DNA of 64,000 nucleotides from Bacillales bacterium UBA784 (GCA_002297045.1 DBJE01000010.1:13178-77177); one strand, 5' to 3'. Shown: positions 38,920 to 48,922, counted from the stretch's first letter. Notes: generated by a model not told the origin, from the letters alone. Numbers and translations are program-made.

Positions 38920-40650
38920 ATGGTGGAAACCATCGACATTGTCCTATTCGTCCTTTCTTTCCTTGCAGGCTTTTCTCCTCTTGCCATAGACAGAATACGA
39001 AACCGTAAGGTGAAGAACAGGGAATATTGGAAAACACACCAGTATCTCGCCTTTAGCTGTCTGTTTCTTGCCATTGGTTCCTTTGTCCGCCTCTGCCTGC
39101 TTGACTCACTCCCCGGAGGACTAAACCAGGATGAGGCAAGTGCAGGGTATGACGCCTTTAGTATCAGGAACTATGGAATAGACCGGAACGGCAGGAAGTT
39201 TCCTGTCCATCTGATTGCCTGGGGAAGCGGGCAGAACGTGGCCTATTCTTATCTAGCTAGGCCGTTCCTTAAACTACTCGGAAATACCACAATCGCCTTA
39301 CGTCTTCCTATGGCAGTTATGGGTTGCCTGTCACTTTATGTTCTTTACTTTACACTTCGGACATTTATGAATGATGCTTCTTCCTGCTTTATACTTATCT
39401 TTCTTGCCATCAATCCGTGGCATATCAGGAAAAGCCGGTGGGCACTAGAGTCGAACCTCTTTCCGGAGCTCGTCCTTCTTGCCTTACTTCTTCTTGTTCT
39501 TAGCCTACGCAGGAAGAACTATTTCTGCTTCTATTTCTCCGCCATTCTGCTCTCCTTTTCTGCCTATAGCTATGGAACTTCCTATTTCTTCCTCTTCTTC
39601 TTTGTTCTCGGCTTCCTCCTTTATCTCCTCAGGAAAAGAATCTTCCCTTGGTACCATAGCGTTCTTTATCTCTCTCTTGTCGCCATCCTCTGCCTTCCGA
39701 TAAGGCTCTTTCTTTATGTGAACGTTTTTGATAAAGAGACCATTCATCTTCTCTGGTTCGATATTCCTAAACTGAAGGTAAGCCGGTTCTCTTCCGTCAC
39801 TTCCCTTTTTTCCGGGAATTTCCTGATGAACTGGAAGAATAATTTCGGAGAAGGAAGGAAACTTCTTATTACCCAGAACGATTCTCTTCCCTGGAATTCC
39901 ATTCCTCTGTATGGCACCCTTTATTTCCTTACCCTTCCTTTTGCCCTGATCGGTTTATTCCATAGAACCAAGAAGAGTTTAAAGGATATTCTTCTTTTTG
40001 GCCTTAGGGACAAGGAAAAGGCACGAGACTTCTATTTTTATCTCTTAAGACTTGCTCTTTTTGTCTCTTTACTCAGGATGGGCATCCTAAGCAACAACAT
40101 CAACCGGATCAATATCATCTGGCCTCTTTTGATTCTCCTCGGTGCACAGGGAATCCTTGACGTCCTTTCCTACTTTAAGGATAAACAGCCTGTCAAGTAT
40201 ACTCTTTCTTCCCTTGTCACCCTTTATTATCTTGGCTCTTTTGTCTCCTTCTCATTGACTTATTCCCTTTCCTACTGCAAGAAGAACATCTCTCCGATCT
40301 TCCATGAGTCTTTCCGTGAAGCTTTGCTCTTCTCGGAAAAGATCAAGCATGAGACAACCTATGTCTCCCCTAAGGCAAACTACACCCTTGTCCTTTACTA
40401 CACCAAGTATAAGACAAAGGATTATGTCGACACTGTCATAAGGAAGAATCCAGGCTCTGCCTTTGAAAACCCCTATTCCTTCAAAGGCTATGTCTTCTCT
40501 CTTCCTTCCACGCTGGAAAAAGGAAACACCTATATCGTCTACAATGATGAGAATCCTTATTCAAAAGAAGAGAGGAAACCCTATAAAATAACCCCGTTCC
40601 TTTACTATTCCGTCATTGACACGACAGAACAAATCGAATGTGTCCAATAA
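38920..40650 (+). CDS. GT39/ArnT-like integral membrane glycosyltransferase
   Basis: About 12 hydrophobic segments. The first loop LPGGLNQDEASAGYDAFSI is typical of the PMT_2/ArnT family. Confidence 0.65.
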   Translation: MVETIDIVLFVLSFLAGFSPLAIDRIRNRKVKNREYWKTHQYLAFSCLFLAIGSFVRLCLLDSLPGGLNQDEASAGYDAFSIRNYGIDRNGRKFPVHLIAWGSGQNVAYSYLARPFLKLLGNTTIALRLPMAVMGCLSLYVLYFTLRTFMNDASSCFILIFLAINPWHIRKSRWALESNLFPELVLLALLLLVLSLRRKNYFCFYFSAILLSFSAYSYGTSYFFLFFFVLGFLLYLLRKRIFPWYHSVLYLSLVAILCLPIRLFLYVNVFDKETIHLLWFDIPKLKVSRFSSVTSLFSGNFLMNWKNNFGEGRKLLITQNDSLPWNSIPLYGTLYFLTLPFALIGLFHRTKKSLKDILLFGLRDKEKARDFYFYLLRLALFVSLLRMGILSNNINRINIIWPLLILLGAQGILDVLSYFKDKQPVKYTLSSLVTLYYLGSFVSFSLTYSLSYCKKNISPIFHESFREALLFSEKIKHETTYVSPKANYTLVLYYTKYKTKDYVDTVIRKNPGSAFENPYSFKGYVFSLPSTLEKGNTYIVYNDENPYSKEERKPYKITPFLYYSVIDTTEQIECVQ

Positions 40651-40733
40651 GTAACCGCTTTCACCCCAGCTCAAAAAGGGAACTGTAAATTTTTCGTAGA
40701 AAAGCCTGTCCCGTTTCTTTACTATTTTGACAA

Positions 40734-42692
40734 ATGGAATGGAAGCGGGAAAGAATTAACGGAAGAGGAAGAAGGAAGGCCGGATTAAAGAAGAGGGGAA
40801 TCTTCTTCCTCTTTTCTCTTGTCTTCGTCCTGCTTAGGATCGGCTTCTCCCTGAGATGGAGGAGGAATAACTGGGAGAATCTGACTTTCTTTGAACTGAT
40901 TACCCAGCTGAAGTCCCTTTCCGGTGTGTCAAAGGAGAGCATCCTCAACTTTGCCGTTGAGGTTCTTCTTCCTTCTCTTATCATCTTTTTTATCCTTCTT
41001 ACTCTTTCCCTTCTGCTTTATACCTACAGGAGAAACAAGGAAATAAAAAGAAAGAAGGCTATCCTTCTTACCCCTCTCTGCTTTTCCCTTGTCTGTTCCT
41101 TCTGCTTATCTTTTCCGGAAAGCATAAAGGCCTATCAATACCTAGGAATCAGTGACTACCTCCATAATGCCTCTAAACCGTCGGAATTTATCGACGACAA
41201 CTATGTATCCCCAAACGAAACGACTCTGACCTTTCCGGAAAAGAAAAAGAACCTCATCATCCTCTTTAGGGAATCCAGGGAAAGGACCTATTCCGATAAG
41301 GAACATGGCGGATATGAACAGGAGAACTATATTCCACAGCTGACGGATTTAGCTAGGGAGAGGGAATGCTTTTCTGATTCCCTCACCCTTAACGGTGCCA
41401 CTCCTCTTACCTATACGACCTGGACAAGGGCGGCACTTTTCTCCTATACCTGTGGGCTTCCTTTTAAGACATCCCTTGGTCAGAATAACAGGGATACCCA
41501 GGAAACCTTCTTCCCGCATGTCGTCTCCTTAGGTGACATCCTAAATACGCAGGGTTATGACCAGACCTTCCTTTGCGGAAGCGATGCCTCCTTTGCCGGA
41601 AGAAAACTGTACTTCCAGAGCCATGGGAATTATGCCATCCATGATTTCTACACCTATCAGGAAAAGTACGGAGTAGGGGTGGAAAACCAGTGGGGCTTTA
41701 GGGACTATCATCTCTTTGATTATGCCAAAGAGGAAATCAAGGAGAAGGGAAGACAGTACGATGAGAAAGGAATCCCCTTCAACTATGACTTTCTGACCGT
41801 AGACACTCATTTCTATGTCGGCGGAAATGGTAAGCAACAGGATGGGTTCCTCTGCGAAAAGTGCCAGGATAATTTCCCTGGCAACCAATATGCCAACGTC
41901 ATAGCCTGCTCTAGCAGACAGGCCAGTGATTTTGTCTCCTGGTTCTACGGCAAGGACGGGAATGAGGATGTCTCCTTAAACACGAGAGAAAACACGACTC
42001 TCGTCCTTCTTGGAGACCATGAGACTAGGTCTGGCTATTTCTGTAAGCAGGCGGACAAAGACGGCTATGACCGGAAGACCTATGTCTGCTTCATCAACAG
42101 CCAGAAGACGCGGAAAAACAAGACGAAAAGAATCTATTCCCACTTTGACATCTTCCCTACTTTGCTTTCCAGTATCGGAGTGGACATTGAAGGGGATAAG
42201 CTCTCGCTAGGGGTAGACTTATTCAGCGACAGAAAGACCTATCTAGAAGAAAACGACAAAGACTATATCAATCAGCAGTTACAGGGGAAGAGCAAGGTCA
42301 TCGACTCTTTGTTGGAAGTCAATCCCTACGAGTATAGTTACCTTAAGCGTAGGGGAAGGCTTCCTAGTGCCTCTTCTTCCTATGAAGAAAAAGAAGAGGA
42401 GATTCTTTTCCTTCTCTCCGGTCTGAAGAAGAACGGACTGGACGAAGAACTCATCCACCCGAAAAGGAGTCTCACGATAAAGGGAGAGGAAAAAGAATAC
42501 CTAAGGGAAGAAAAGGGGAAAGACTATATTCTTGCCTTGAACAAAGAGGAACTCAGGGACAAAGAAGGAAAACTATCCTTTACCTGCTCCTTCACCAGGG
42601 AAGGAAAGACAAGCGGAAATATTTATTCCTTATCGACATTGGAAGTCAAAAGCGAAGAAGAGAAGACCTCTTCGGATACACAGACTAAATAG
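40734..42692 (+). CDS. LTA synthase / phosphoglycerol transferase (sulfatase-fold, LtaS/MdoB-like) membrane protein
   Basis: N-terminal TM segments followed by an extracellular sulfatase-like domain: NLIILF(AGG)ES, YTTWT(AGG)AALFSYTCGLP, LLGDHETR. The start codon is uncertain. Confidence 0.7.
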   Translation: MEWKRERINGRGRRKAGLKKRGIFFLFSLVFVLLRIGFSLRWRRNNWENLTFFELITQLKSLSGVSKESILNFAVEVLLPSLIIFFILLTLSLLLYTYRRNKEIKRKKAILLTPLCFSLVCSFCLSFPESIKAYQYLGISDYLHNASKPSEFIDDNYVSPNETTLTFPEKKKNLIILFRESRERTYSDKEHGGYEQENYIPQLTDLARERECFSDSLTLNGATPLTYTTWTRAALFSYTCGLPFKTSLGQNNRDTQETFFPHVVSLGDILNTQGYDQTFLCGSDASFAGRKLYFQSHGNYAIHDFYTYQEKYGVGVENQWGFRDYHLFDYAKEEIKEKGRQYDEKGIPFNYDFLTVDTHFYVGGNGKQQDGFLCEKCQDNFPGNQYANVIACSSRQASDFVSWFYGKDGNEDVSLNTRENTTLVLLGDHETRSGYFCKQADKDGYDRKTYVCFINSQKTRKNKTKRIYSHFDIFPTLLSSIGVDIEGDKLSLGVDLFSDRKTYLEENDKDYINQQLQGKSKVIDSLLEVNPYEYSYLKRRGRLPSASSSYEEKEEEILFLLSGLKKNGLDEELIHPKRSLTIKGEEKEYLREEKGKDYILALNKEELRDKEGKLSFTCSFTREGKTSGNIYSLSTLEVKSEEEKTSSDTQTK

Positions 42693-43236
42693 ATCCGTCG
42701 TCTAGGACAAAAGTCATTAGCTGGCAGTTATCCACCTTGAAGGTAAAGAACTCCTCGTTGCTCCTGTCGTGGAAATAGGAATAGACGATCCGGGAGATGC
42801 CTTGGTGGCCGACGACAAGGATGTTTTTTCCTTTTTCCTTTTCCTTCCTTTCATCGAAGAAGGAATAGATCCGGCAGGCTGCCTGGAAATAGTTCTCCCC
42901 GTGAGGATAGTGGTAGGCGACTCTGGCCGAATTCTCCTTGAGGAAAGGATCAAAGCGGCTCTTCCCGTCGATGTCGCCATAGTTGATTTCCAATAGTCTT
43001 GGATCCTTGACAATTTCTATCTTCCGTCCCTGAAGGGCAATCTCTGCCGTCTCATAGGCACGGCATAAGGGGGAGGAATAGGCTTTGTCTAGATGAACTA
43101 AGGCAAGGGACTTCTTAAGTCCTTCCGCCTGCTCTCTTCCCTCTATGGAAAGAGGAATGTCAAAGCGTCCCTGCGTCTTATTCTCCTTGTTCCACTCGGT
43201 GAGTCCGTGTCTTGTGTAATAAACCGTTGTCATCAT
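42685..43236 (-). CDS. histidine phosphatase (phosphoglycerate mutase-like) family protein
   Basis: YTRHGLTEWN catalytic RHG motif, followed by VVGHQG. Its 3' end overlaps the convergent gene by 8 nt. Confidence 0.8.
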   Translation of the reverse strand: MMTTVYYTRHGLTEWNKENKTQGRFDIPLSIEGREQAEGLKKSLALVHLDKAYSSPLCRAYETAEIALQGRKIEIVKDPRLLEINYGDIDGKSRFDPFLKENSARVAYHYPHGENYFQAACRIYSFFDERKEKEKGKNILVVGHQGISRIVYSYFHDRSNEEFFTFKVDNCQLMTFVLDDGSI

Positions 43237-43280
43237 GCTTTAAGTATACCCTAGGGAAAGCACTTTTCTGCCACGTGTTA

Positions 43281-43395
43281 TCCTTTGGTAAGCGTTACCT
43301 AGAGACAATCTACGACACGAAAGCATCAATCTGTGCCGATAATCACCAAAAACAAAGAAAGAGTATTATCCTTTCTGTAAACGCTTACCAAAGGA
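43281..43395 (+). promoter_or_regulatory. long-range inverted repeat able to sequester the RBS of the GPH transporter gene
   Basis: 43281-43298 (TCCTTTGGTAAGCGTTAC) is complementary to 43377-43395 (GTAAACGCTTACCAAAGGA) with one bulge. The 3' arm contains the AAAGGAG Shine-Dalgarno sequence. The arms are about 78 nt apart. Confidence 0.4.
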
Positions 43396-43406
43396 GAACC
43401 TTTTCT

Positions 43407-45377
43407 ATGGAAAAGACTAAAGAGAAGAAATCCGTGTTTACCACCCCCCTATTCTCATCCAAAATCAAGAAAAGCGCCGTATCCCTGTTCCCGGAAGCGG
43501 GACTTGGCTATCTGATCGGCCCTCTTCTTGCCTTAATCAGCAATGGCGTAGTCAACAGGTGGCTTATCCAGTACTGGGACAAGGTATTAAGGCTCAAGGA
43601 GTGGAATCCTCTCTTTGAGACCCTGATGCCGATTGTCTCCTCTATCGTCATCGTCATCGGAAACCTGCTTGTAGGAAAATTAAGGGAACGCAAGCCCACT
43701 CTTGCCGGAAAGGCACGTCCTTTCATTCTCTTAGGAAGGCCGCTTATCGCCCTTGCCCTCCTTGTCCTCTTCTTAGTCCCCCTTCCTGCCGGGGCCGGAG
43801 GAACCACATCGAATCTTAGGGCATCGATTGTCATCGCCGTAGGCTATAACCTTTATTACGCCTTGGCCTGGCCGATTTACTACACCTCCCATTCTGCTTT
43901 GGTTAATCTTTCCACCCGCGACGGAGGGAAGCGCGGACTTCTCTCTACCTGCATCATGGCTGCCCAGCTTGGGGCATCTGGCGTCTCGGGAAGGGCTGGA
44001 GGTCTTCTTGTCGACTTAATCGGCCTTCTTCCCAAGTATTCCGTTAGCGGCGTCAAAGAGACCTTCACTTCCCTTAATGATGCCACGACCTATGCGAAAG
44101 CCAATGGAATTGCCACGGAGGAGATTAAAGAACTTATCTCCCCTTCCCAGGCAAACAGCAAGTGGACCATTTTAAGGATCATCAGGATTGTCTGCCTTGT
44201 CCTTGGCTGTCTTCTTGAGTATTACTTCACCCGTGAACGCATTACCGAAGAGAACATCAAGAATGCGACCAATAAGGAAGGCGATACGAGGGAAGTAAAG
44301 AGCGCGACAAGGAAAGAACAGAGGAAGATCTGTGTCAAGGATAAATACTGGTGGCTTATTATCGTCTTCTTCTTCCTTTATCAGTTCGGCGGACAGAGGA
44401 AGAATAACGACAGGTCCTTCTATTCCCAGGCCATGACCTCCGGAACGACTCTTTCGTCCATAATTAACACTGTCGGTGCCATCCCTACAGCCTTAGGAAG
44501 GCTTGTTGTCTGGCCTCTTGCCAATAAGTTCGGCAAGGCTAAGACGATTGTCGGCGGCTCCCTTCTCGCCTTCTTAGGCTCTCTTCTTGCCTTTGCCTGT
44601 TTGATGCCTTCCTTCTCCTCCACCGCCGCCGTCTCCACTATCTCCGTCACCTCTTTCTGCGTCAAGGCCTTAGGTACCGCTCCGGCCAGGTACATCTCCT
44701 TAGCCCTTCTTGCCAACGTCCTCGACCATCAGGAAGCCCTCTATGGAAAGAGAACGGATGGTTTCACTAGGGCCGTATATGGTTCCATCATGGTGGCTAT
44801 GTCCGGTGTCTGCAATGGCATCATTGCCGGTCTTAATGCCGTAACCCCAAGGGAGAACCAGAAGCTTGTCCATACGATCCTAGGCTTCCTTGTCGAAGGC
44901 GTCTGTTATCTTGCAAGGGCCCTTAGGTTCTTGGCAAGGACTGTCGAAAAGTTCACGAAGCTTGACAATGAGACCATCGAAGAACATCAGAAGGACCTCT
45001 GCCTGAAGGAAGGCAAGGAGTGGATTACTCCCAAAGACCGGGCCAAGAGGGAAGACGAAGAGGTTGCAAGACAGCTCGAGGAAGCCCGTGTCCACCAGCT
45101 TAAAGCGGACTGCGAGAAGAAGCATCTGGACTTTGACAAGGAAAACGGGAAGTATCTCGCTAAGAAGGAAAAGCAGGAAAGGGAAGCAAAGGAAAAGAAG
45201 GAAGCCGCCGAGAAGAAGAAGGAACAGGCAAAGGAGGCTAAGGAAGCCAAGTTTGCCGCCCTTCCTAAGGAAAAACAGGAAAAGATCCTTGCCAAGCAGG
45301 CGGTGGAAGAAAAGAAGCTTCGGGACGAATATAACCTTCTTCTCCTTAAGGCAAAGGAAAGCGGCTTAGCTGTTTAG
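43407..45377 (+). CDS. GPH-family (glycoside-pentoside-hexuronide) cation symporter with 143-aa Lys/Glu-rich C-terminal tail
   Basis: AAAGGAG then ATG 43407. GPH signature region GKL(AGG)ERKPTLAGKARPFILLG. About 12 hydrophobic segments. The tail spans 44946..45374. Confidence 0.7.
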   Translation: MEKTKEKKSVFTTPLFSSKIKKSAVSLFPEAGLGYLIGPLLALISNGVVNRWLIQYWDKVLRLKEWNPLFETLMPIVSSIVIVIGNLLVGKLRERKPTLAGKARPFILLGRPLIALALLVLFLVPLPAGAGGTTSNLRASIVIAVGYNLYYALAWPIYYTSHSALVNLSTRDGGKRGLLSTCIMAAQLGASGVSGRAGGLLVDLIGLLPKYSVSGVKETFTSLNDATTYAKANGIATEEIKELISPSQANSKWTILRIIRIVCLVLGCLLEYYFTRERITEENIKNATNKEGDTREVKSATRKEQRKICVKDKYWWLIIVFFFLYQFGGQRKNNDRSFYSQAMTSGTTLSSIINTVGAIPTALGRLVVWPLANKFGKAKTIVGGSLLAFLGSLLAFACLMPSFSSTAAVSTISVTSFCVKALGTAPARYISLALLANVLDHQEALYGKRTDGFTRAVYGSIMVAMSGVCNGIIAGLNAVTPRENQKLVHTILGFLVEGVCYLARALRFLARTVEKFTKLDNETIEEHQKDLCLKEGKEWITPKDRAKREDEEVARQLEEARVHQLKADCEKKHLDFDKENGKYLAKKEKQEREAKEKKEAAEKKKEQAKEAKEAKFAALPKEKQEKILAKQAVEEKKLRDEYNLLLLKAKESGLAV

Positions 45378-45387
45378 GAGGAACAGA

Positions 45388-47844
45388 ATGAAATATCAGG
45401 ACATCATTTCAAAAAGGACGCTGGAGCAGAAGGCTTCGCTTCTCTCCGGAAAGAACTTCTGGGAGACTGAGGATATTCCCGAACTTGGGATTGAAAGTAT
45501 TTTCCTCTCCGACGGCCCGAACGGACTTCGGAAACAGGCTAAGGCGGCAGACCATCTTGGATTAAACCCTTCCATCCCCGCCGTCTGCAGGCCGACAAGT
45601 GCGACAAGGGCCAATTCCTGGGATCCTGAGTTAGTCAAGACGGCCGCAAAGACCATCGGCGAGGAAGCCGCGGTCAGCGACGTCTCGGTTCTCTTAGGTC
45701 CTGGCATCAACAGGAAACGCAACCCCCGCTGCGGACGGAATTTCGAGTACTTCTCCGAGGATCCCTATCTTGCCGGAAAACTTGCCGTCGGGTACATCAC
45801 CGGCGTACAGGAAAACGGAATCGGCTGCTGCCTTAAGCATTTTGCCTGCAACAACCAGGAAATCCGCCGCATCACCTCAAACTCCGTCCTGGACGAACGG
45901 ACAAGGCGGGAAATCTACCTGACTGCCTTTGAAAGGGCGGTCAAGGAGGCTAAGCCTCTTTCCGTCAGGTCTTCCTATAACAAAATCAACGGGACCTATG
46001 CCAACGAGAATGTCCACCTCCTTGTCGACATTCTCCGCAAGGACTGGGGATTTAAAGGAATCGTCGTGTCCGACTGGGGCGGAGACAACGACCGCATCGA
46101 GGCAGTCAAGGCCCAGTCCGAACTGGAAAGGCCGACGACCGATGGGGAAACAAACCGGGAAGTCGTCAAGGCCGTCAAGGAAGGAAGAATCAAGGAAGAG
46201 GACGTCGACCTTCTTGTCGACCGTCTCCTCGATGTCATCTTTACCACGAAGAAGAATTTAGAAGGGGCTCCGAAGGATTTCGATAAGCAGGAGCACCACC
46301 TTATTGCCCAGCATGTCGCGGAAGAGTCCCTTGTCCTTCTTAAGAACAAGGATGCCTTGCTTCCGCTTAAGCCGAACACCAAGGTTGCCATTATCGGAGA
46401 TTTTGCCGAAAACAGGCGTTTCCAGGGTGCCGGAAGTTCCGTTGTCAATCCTCTGAAGGTCGATCAGATCAATGAGGTCTTAAAAGAGTATCCGCTGAAT
46501 GTCGTCGGATATGAAAAAGGCTTCAAACGGTATGGAAAGAAAAGCCAGGGCAGGATTGATAAGGCCCTTAAGCTTGCCGACAAGGCCGATGTCATCCTTC
46601 TCTTCGCCGGCCTTGACGAAGTAAGCGAGGCCGAAGGCATCGACCGTGCCAACATCCGTCTTCCCCTTAACCAGCGGGAACTGATTTCCGCCCTGTACCA
46701 TACCGGAAAGAAAATCGTCCTTGTCCTTGAATGCGGCGCTCCGATCGAAATGCCTTTTGCCGACCGGGTCGATGCGATTCTTCACGCCTATCTTGCCGGC
46801 GAAGCCGGGGCTAGAGCGATTCTCAATGTATTGACCGGAAAGGTCAATCCGTCCGGAAAGCTCGCGGAATCCTATCCTTATGGATATGCCGACTGTCCTT
46901 CTGCCGACCATTTTGGAAAGAACGATAAGAACATCGAGTACCGGGAGAGCCTCTTTATCGGCTACCGCTACTATAACGGCTTCTGCCGTTCCGGGGCAAG
47001 ATTCCCCTTCGGCTTTGGCTTAAGCTACACGACTTTCAGATACGATAACCTGAACGTGTCGGACAAAGGGGTTTCCTTTACCGTTACGAATACCGGAGAC
47101 GTCGAGGGAAAGGAAATCGCCCAAAGGTACATCGGAAGGAAGGATTCCAAGATCTTCCGTGCCCCCTATGAACTAAAAGGCTTTGCCAAGGTCTTCCTTA
47201 AGGCTAAGGAGACGAAGGAAGTCTTTATTCCCTTCGATGAGTTCTCTTTCCGCTTCTTCTCCGTCAAGGACAATAAGTTTGAAGTGGAAGAGGGCAACTA
47301 TCAGATTTATGTCGGACCAAGCAGTGTCGACTTCCCTTTGAAGGGAGAAATCCATAAGGAAGGCGTCGATGCTTCTTCTCTCTATGACAAAGAAAAGCTT
47401 CCCCACTATTTCTCCGGGGATGTCCGTCAGATCCCGGATGAGGAATTTGAAGCCCTTCTTGGCCACCCTATCCCTAAGGATGATACTTCCTATATCAAGA
47501 AGCATCGGATTAAGGTCGACTATAATTCCTCTATCAGCGATCTCCATTATGCCAAAGGCTGGACCGGACGCCGTTTTGCCGGTGCCATCCGCTTTGCCAT
47601 CAAGTTCCTTAAGGCTATCGGAAAGCGTACGACGGCGAATACCCTGATTAGGGGTGTATACTATAATCCGGTCCGTGCTCTTTCCCGGATGACGGGAGGA
47701 GCCATGAGTATGGCCCAGCTTGACGGCCTGATTAGGATGTTCAACGGACACTTCTTCAAGGGTCTTCATCATCTCAATAAGAGGGGAAGACTTAAAAAGA
47801 AGAGGAAGAAAGAACAGGAGAAGAGGAAAAAACAGAAGGCTTGA
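45388..47844 (+). CDS. cytoplasmic GH3 beta-glucosidase/beta-xylosidase-like enzyme, canonical domain order
   Basis: No signal peptide. Motifs LSDGPNGLRKQ, GRNFEYFSEDP, KHFACNNQE, VVSDWGG, then LLKNKDALLPL, FPFGFGLSYTTF and an Fn3-like domain. Ends in a basic tail. Confidence 0.9.
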   Translation: MKYQDIISKRTLEQKASLLSGKNFWETEDIPELGIESIFLSDGPNGLRKQAKAADHLGLNPSIPAVCRPTSATRANSWDPELVKTAAKTIGEEAAVSDVSVLLGPGINRKRNPRCGRNFEYFSEDPYLAGKLAVGYITGVQENGIGCCLKHFACNNQEIRRITSNSVLDERTRREIYLTAFERAVKEAKPLSVRSSYNKINGTYANENVHLLVDILRKDWGFKGIVVSDWGGDNDRIEAVKAQSELERPTTDGETNREVVKAVKEGRIKEEDVDLLVDRLLDVIFTTKKNLEGAPKDFDKQEHHLIAQHVAEESLVLLKNKDALLPLKPNTKVAIIGDFAENRRFQGAGSSVVNPLKVDQINEVLKEYPLNVVGYEKGFKRYGKKSQGRIDKALKLADKADVILLFAGLDEVSEAEGIDRANIRLPLNQRELISALYHTGKKIVLVLECGAPIEMPFADRVDAILHAYLAGEAGARAILNVLTGKVNPSGKLAESYPYGYADCPSADHFGKNDKNIEYRESLFIGYRYYNGFCRSGARFPFGFGLSYTTFRYDNLNVSDKGVSFTVTNTGDVEGKEIAQRYIGRKDSKIFRAPYELKGFAKVFLKAKETKEVFIPFDEFSFRFFSVKDNKFEVEEGNYQIYVGPSSVDFPLKGEIHKEGVDASSLYDKEKLPHYFSGDVRQIPDEEFEALLGHPIPKDDTSYIKKHRIKVDYNSSISDLHYAKGWTGRRFAGAIRFAIKFLKAIGKRTTANTLIRGVYYNPVRALSRMTGGAMSMAQLDGLIRMFNGHFFKGLHHLNKRGRLKKKRKKEQEKRKKQKA

Positions 47845-47846
47845 TT

Positions 47847-48869
47847 ATGAAGGAAAAACTGATTTCGTTCTGTGTTCCTTCCTATAATTCCGAATCCTAT
47901 CTTCATCGTGCCTTGGATTCCCTCGTTCCTGGCGGGGAGAAAGTCGAAATCCTGGTGATTGACGATGGATCAAAGGATCGGACGCTTAAGATTGCCAGGG
48001 AATACCAGGAGAAGTATCCGGGCATTGTGAAAGCCGTCCATCAGGAGAATAAAGGGCACGGCGGGGCAATCAACACCGCCCTTTCCCTTGCCTCTGGGAG
48101 ATACTTTAAGGTTGTCGATTCCGACGACTTTGTGGAAAAGGACGGACTTTCCGCCTTGCTGAAGGCTAGGGAGGACCATAGGGACCTTGATAGGATCCTA
48201 AGGCCTTATACCTACCGTCACGGCGAGGAGAGGAAAAAGGAAAAGACGATCCGCTATGGCTTCTTCGTCAAGAAGGACACGGTTGTTTCGATAGGGGAAA
48301 TCAAACGCTTTGATGCAGCGAGAAACCTGACCCTTCATTCCGTCGTCTACTCCACTTCCCTCCTCCGGGATAAGGCAAAGCTTGTTCTTCCCGAACACTG
48401 CTTCTATGAGGATAACTATAGGATTTATGCCCCTCTTCCTTTCATCAAGAAGCTGAGGTATATCGATGTTCCTTTCTACCAGTATCTTCTTGGCCGGGAA
48501 GGACAGTCCAGGCAGACAAACAATCTCATTAAGCGGAACAAGGATCTTAGGCACGTTGCCTTCCTTAGTTTCCAGAGCGTCTCTCTTCCTAAGAGGAAGA
48601 AGACGGAAAGACAGCTTTATAAACTCAGGAAGCACCAGTTGATCAGGATGGTCACCGCCCCTCTTCTTTATACTTCGAGGAAGGATAAGGCAGCCTGCAA
48701 GACGGAAAAGGGCGAATTCCTCCGTCGAAGGAAGGACGATGACCTAAAGCAGTATAAAAGGCTTGTCCGCCATCCTTTTGTCTTCTTCCCTTCGAGAAAC
48801 AACGCCTTTGGAAGAATCAGTGCCCGTTTTAGGCTTTTCGTCATCCGGAAGTTCGGAGCCATCAACTGA
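47847..48869 (+). CDS. GT2 family glycosyltransferase
   Basis: ISFCVPSYNSESYL, VIDDGSKD and VVDSDD (DxD) motifs. ATG 47847 lies just after the GH3 stop. Confidence 0.8.
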   Translation: MKEKLISFCVPSYNSESYLHRALDSLVPGGEKVEILVIDDGSKDRTLKIAREYQEKYPGIVKAVHQENKGHGGAINTALSLASGRYFKVVDSDDFVEKDGLSALLKAREDHRDLDRILRPYTYRHGEERKKEKTIRYGFFVKKDTVVSIGEIKRFDAARNLTLHSVVYSTSLLRDKAKLVLPEHCFYEDNYRIYAPLPFIKKLRYIDVPFYQYLLGREGQSRQTNNLIKRNKDLRHVAFLSFQSVSLPKRKKTERQLYKLRKHQLIRMVTAPLLYTSRKDKAACKTEKGEFLRRRKDDDLKQYKRLVRHPFVFFPSRNNAFGRISARFRLFVIRKFGAIN

Positions 48870-48876
48870 AAGAAAG

Positions 48877-48915
48877 AAACCGCCTCTGCCGTGGTAGAAT
48901 AAGAGGCGGTTTTTC
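48877..48915 (+). terminator. terminator-like hairpin ending 7 nt before the next start codon
   Basis: AAACCGCCTCT, 14-nt loop, AGAGGCGGTTT, then a T-run. ATG 48923 follows with no SD and no room for a promoter. Confidence 0.55.
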
Positions 48916-48922
48916 TTTTCGC

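Noticed and set aside
43212-43406. Long N-terminal extension of the transporter ORF (track start 43212).
   Set aside because: The extension overlaps the divergent phosphatase start and the structured leader. AAAGGAG followed by ATG 43407 gives a typical GPH N-terminus.
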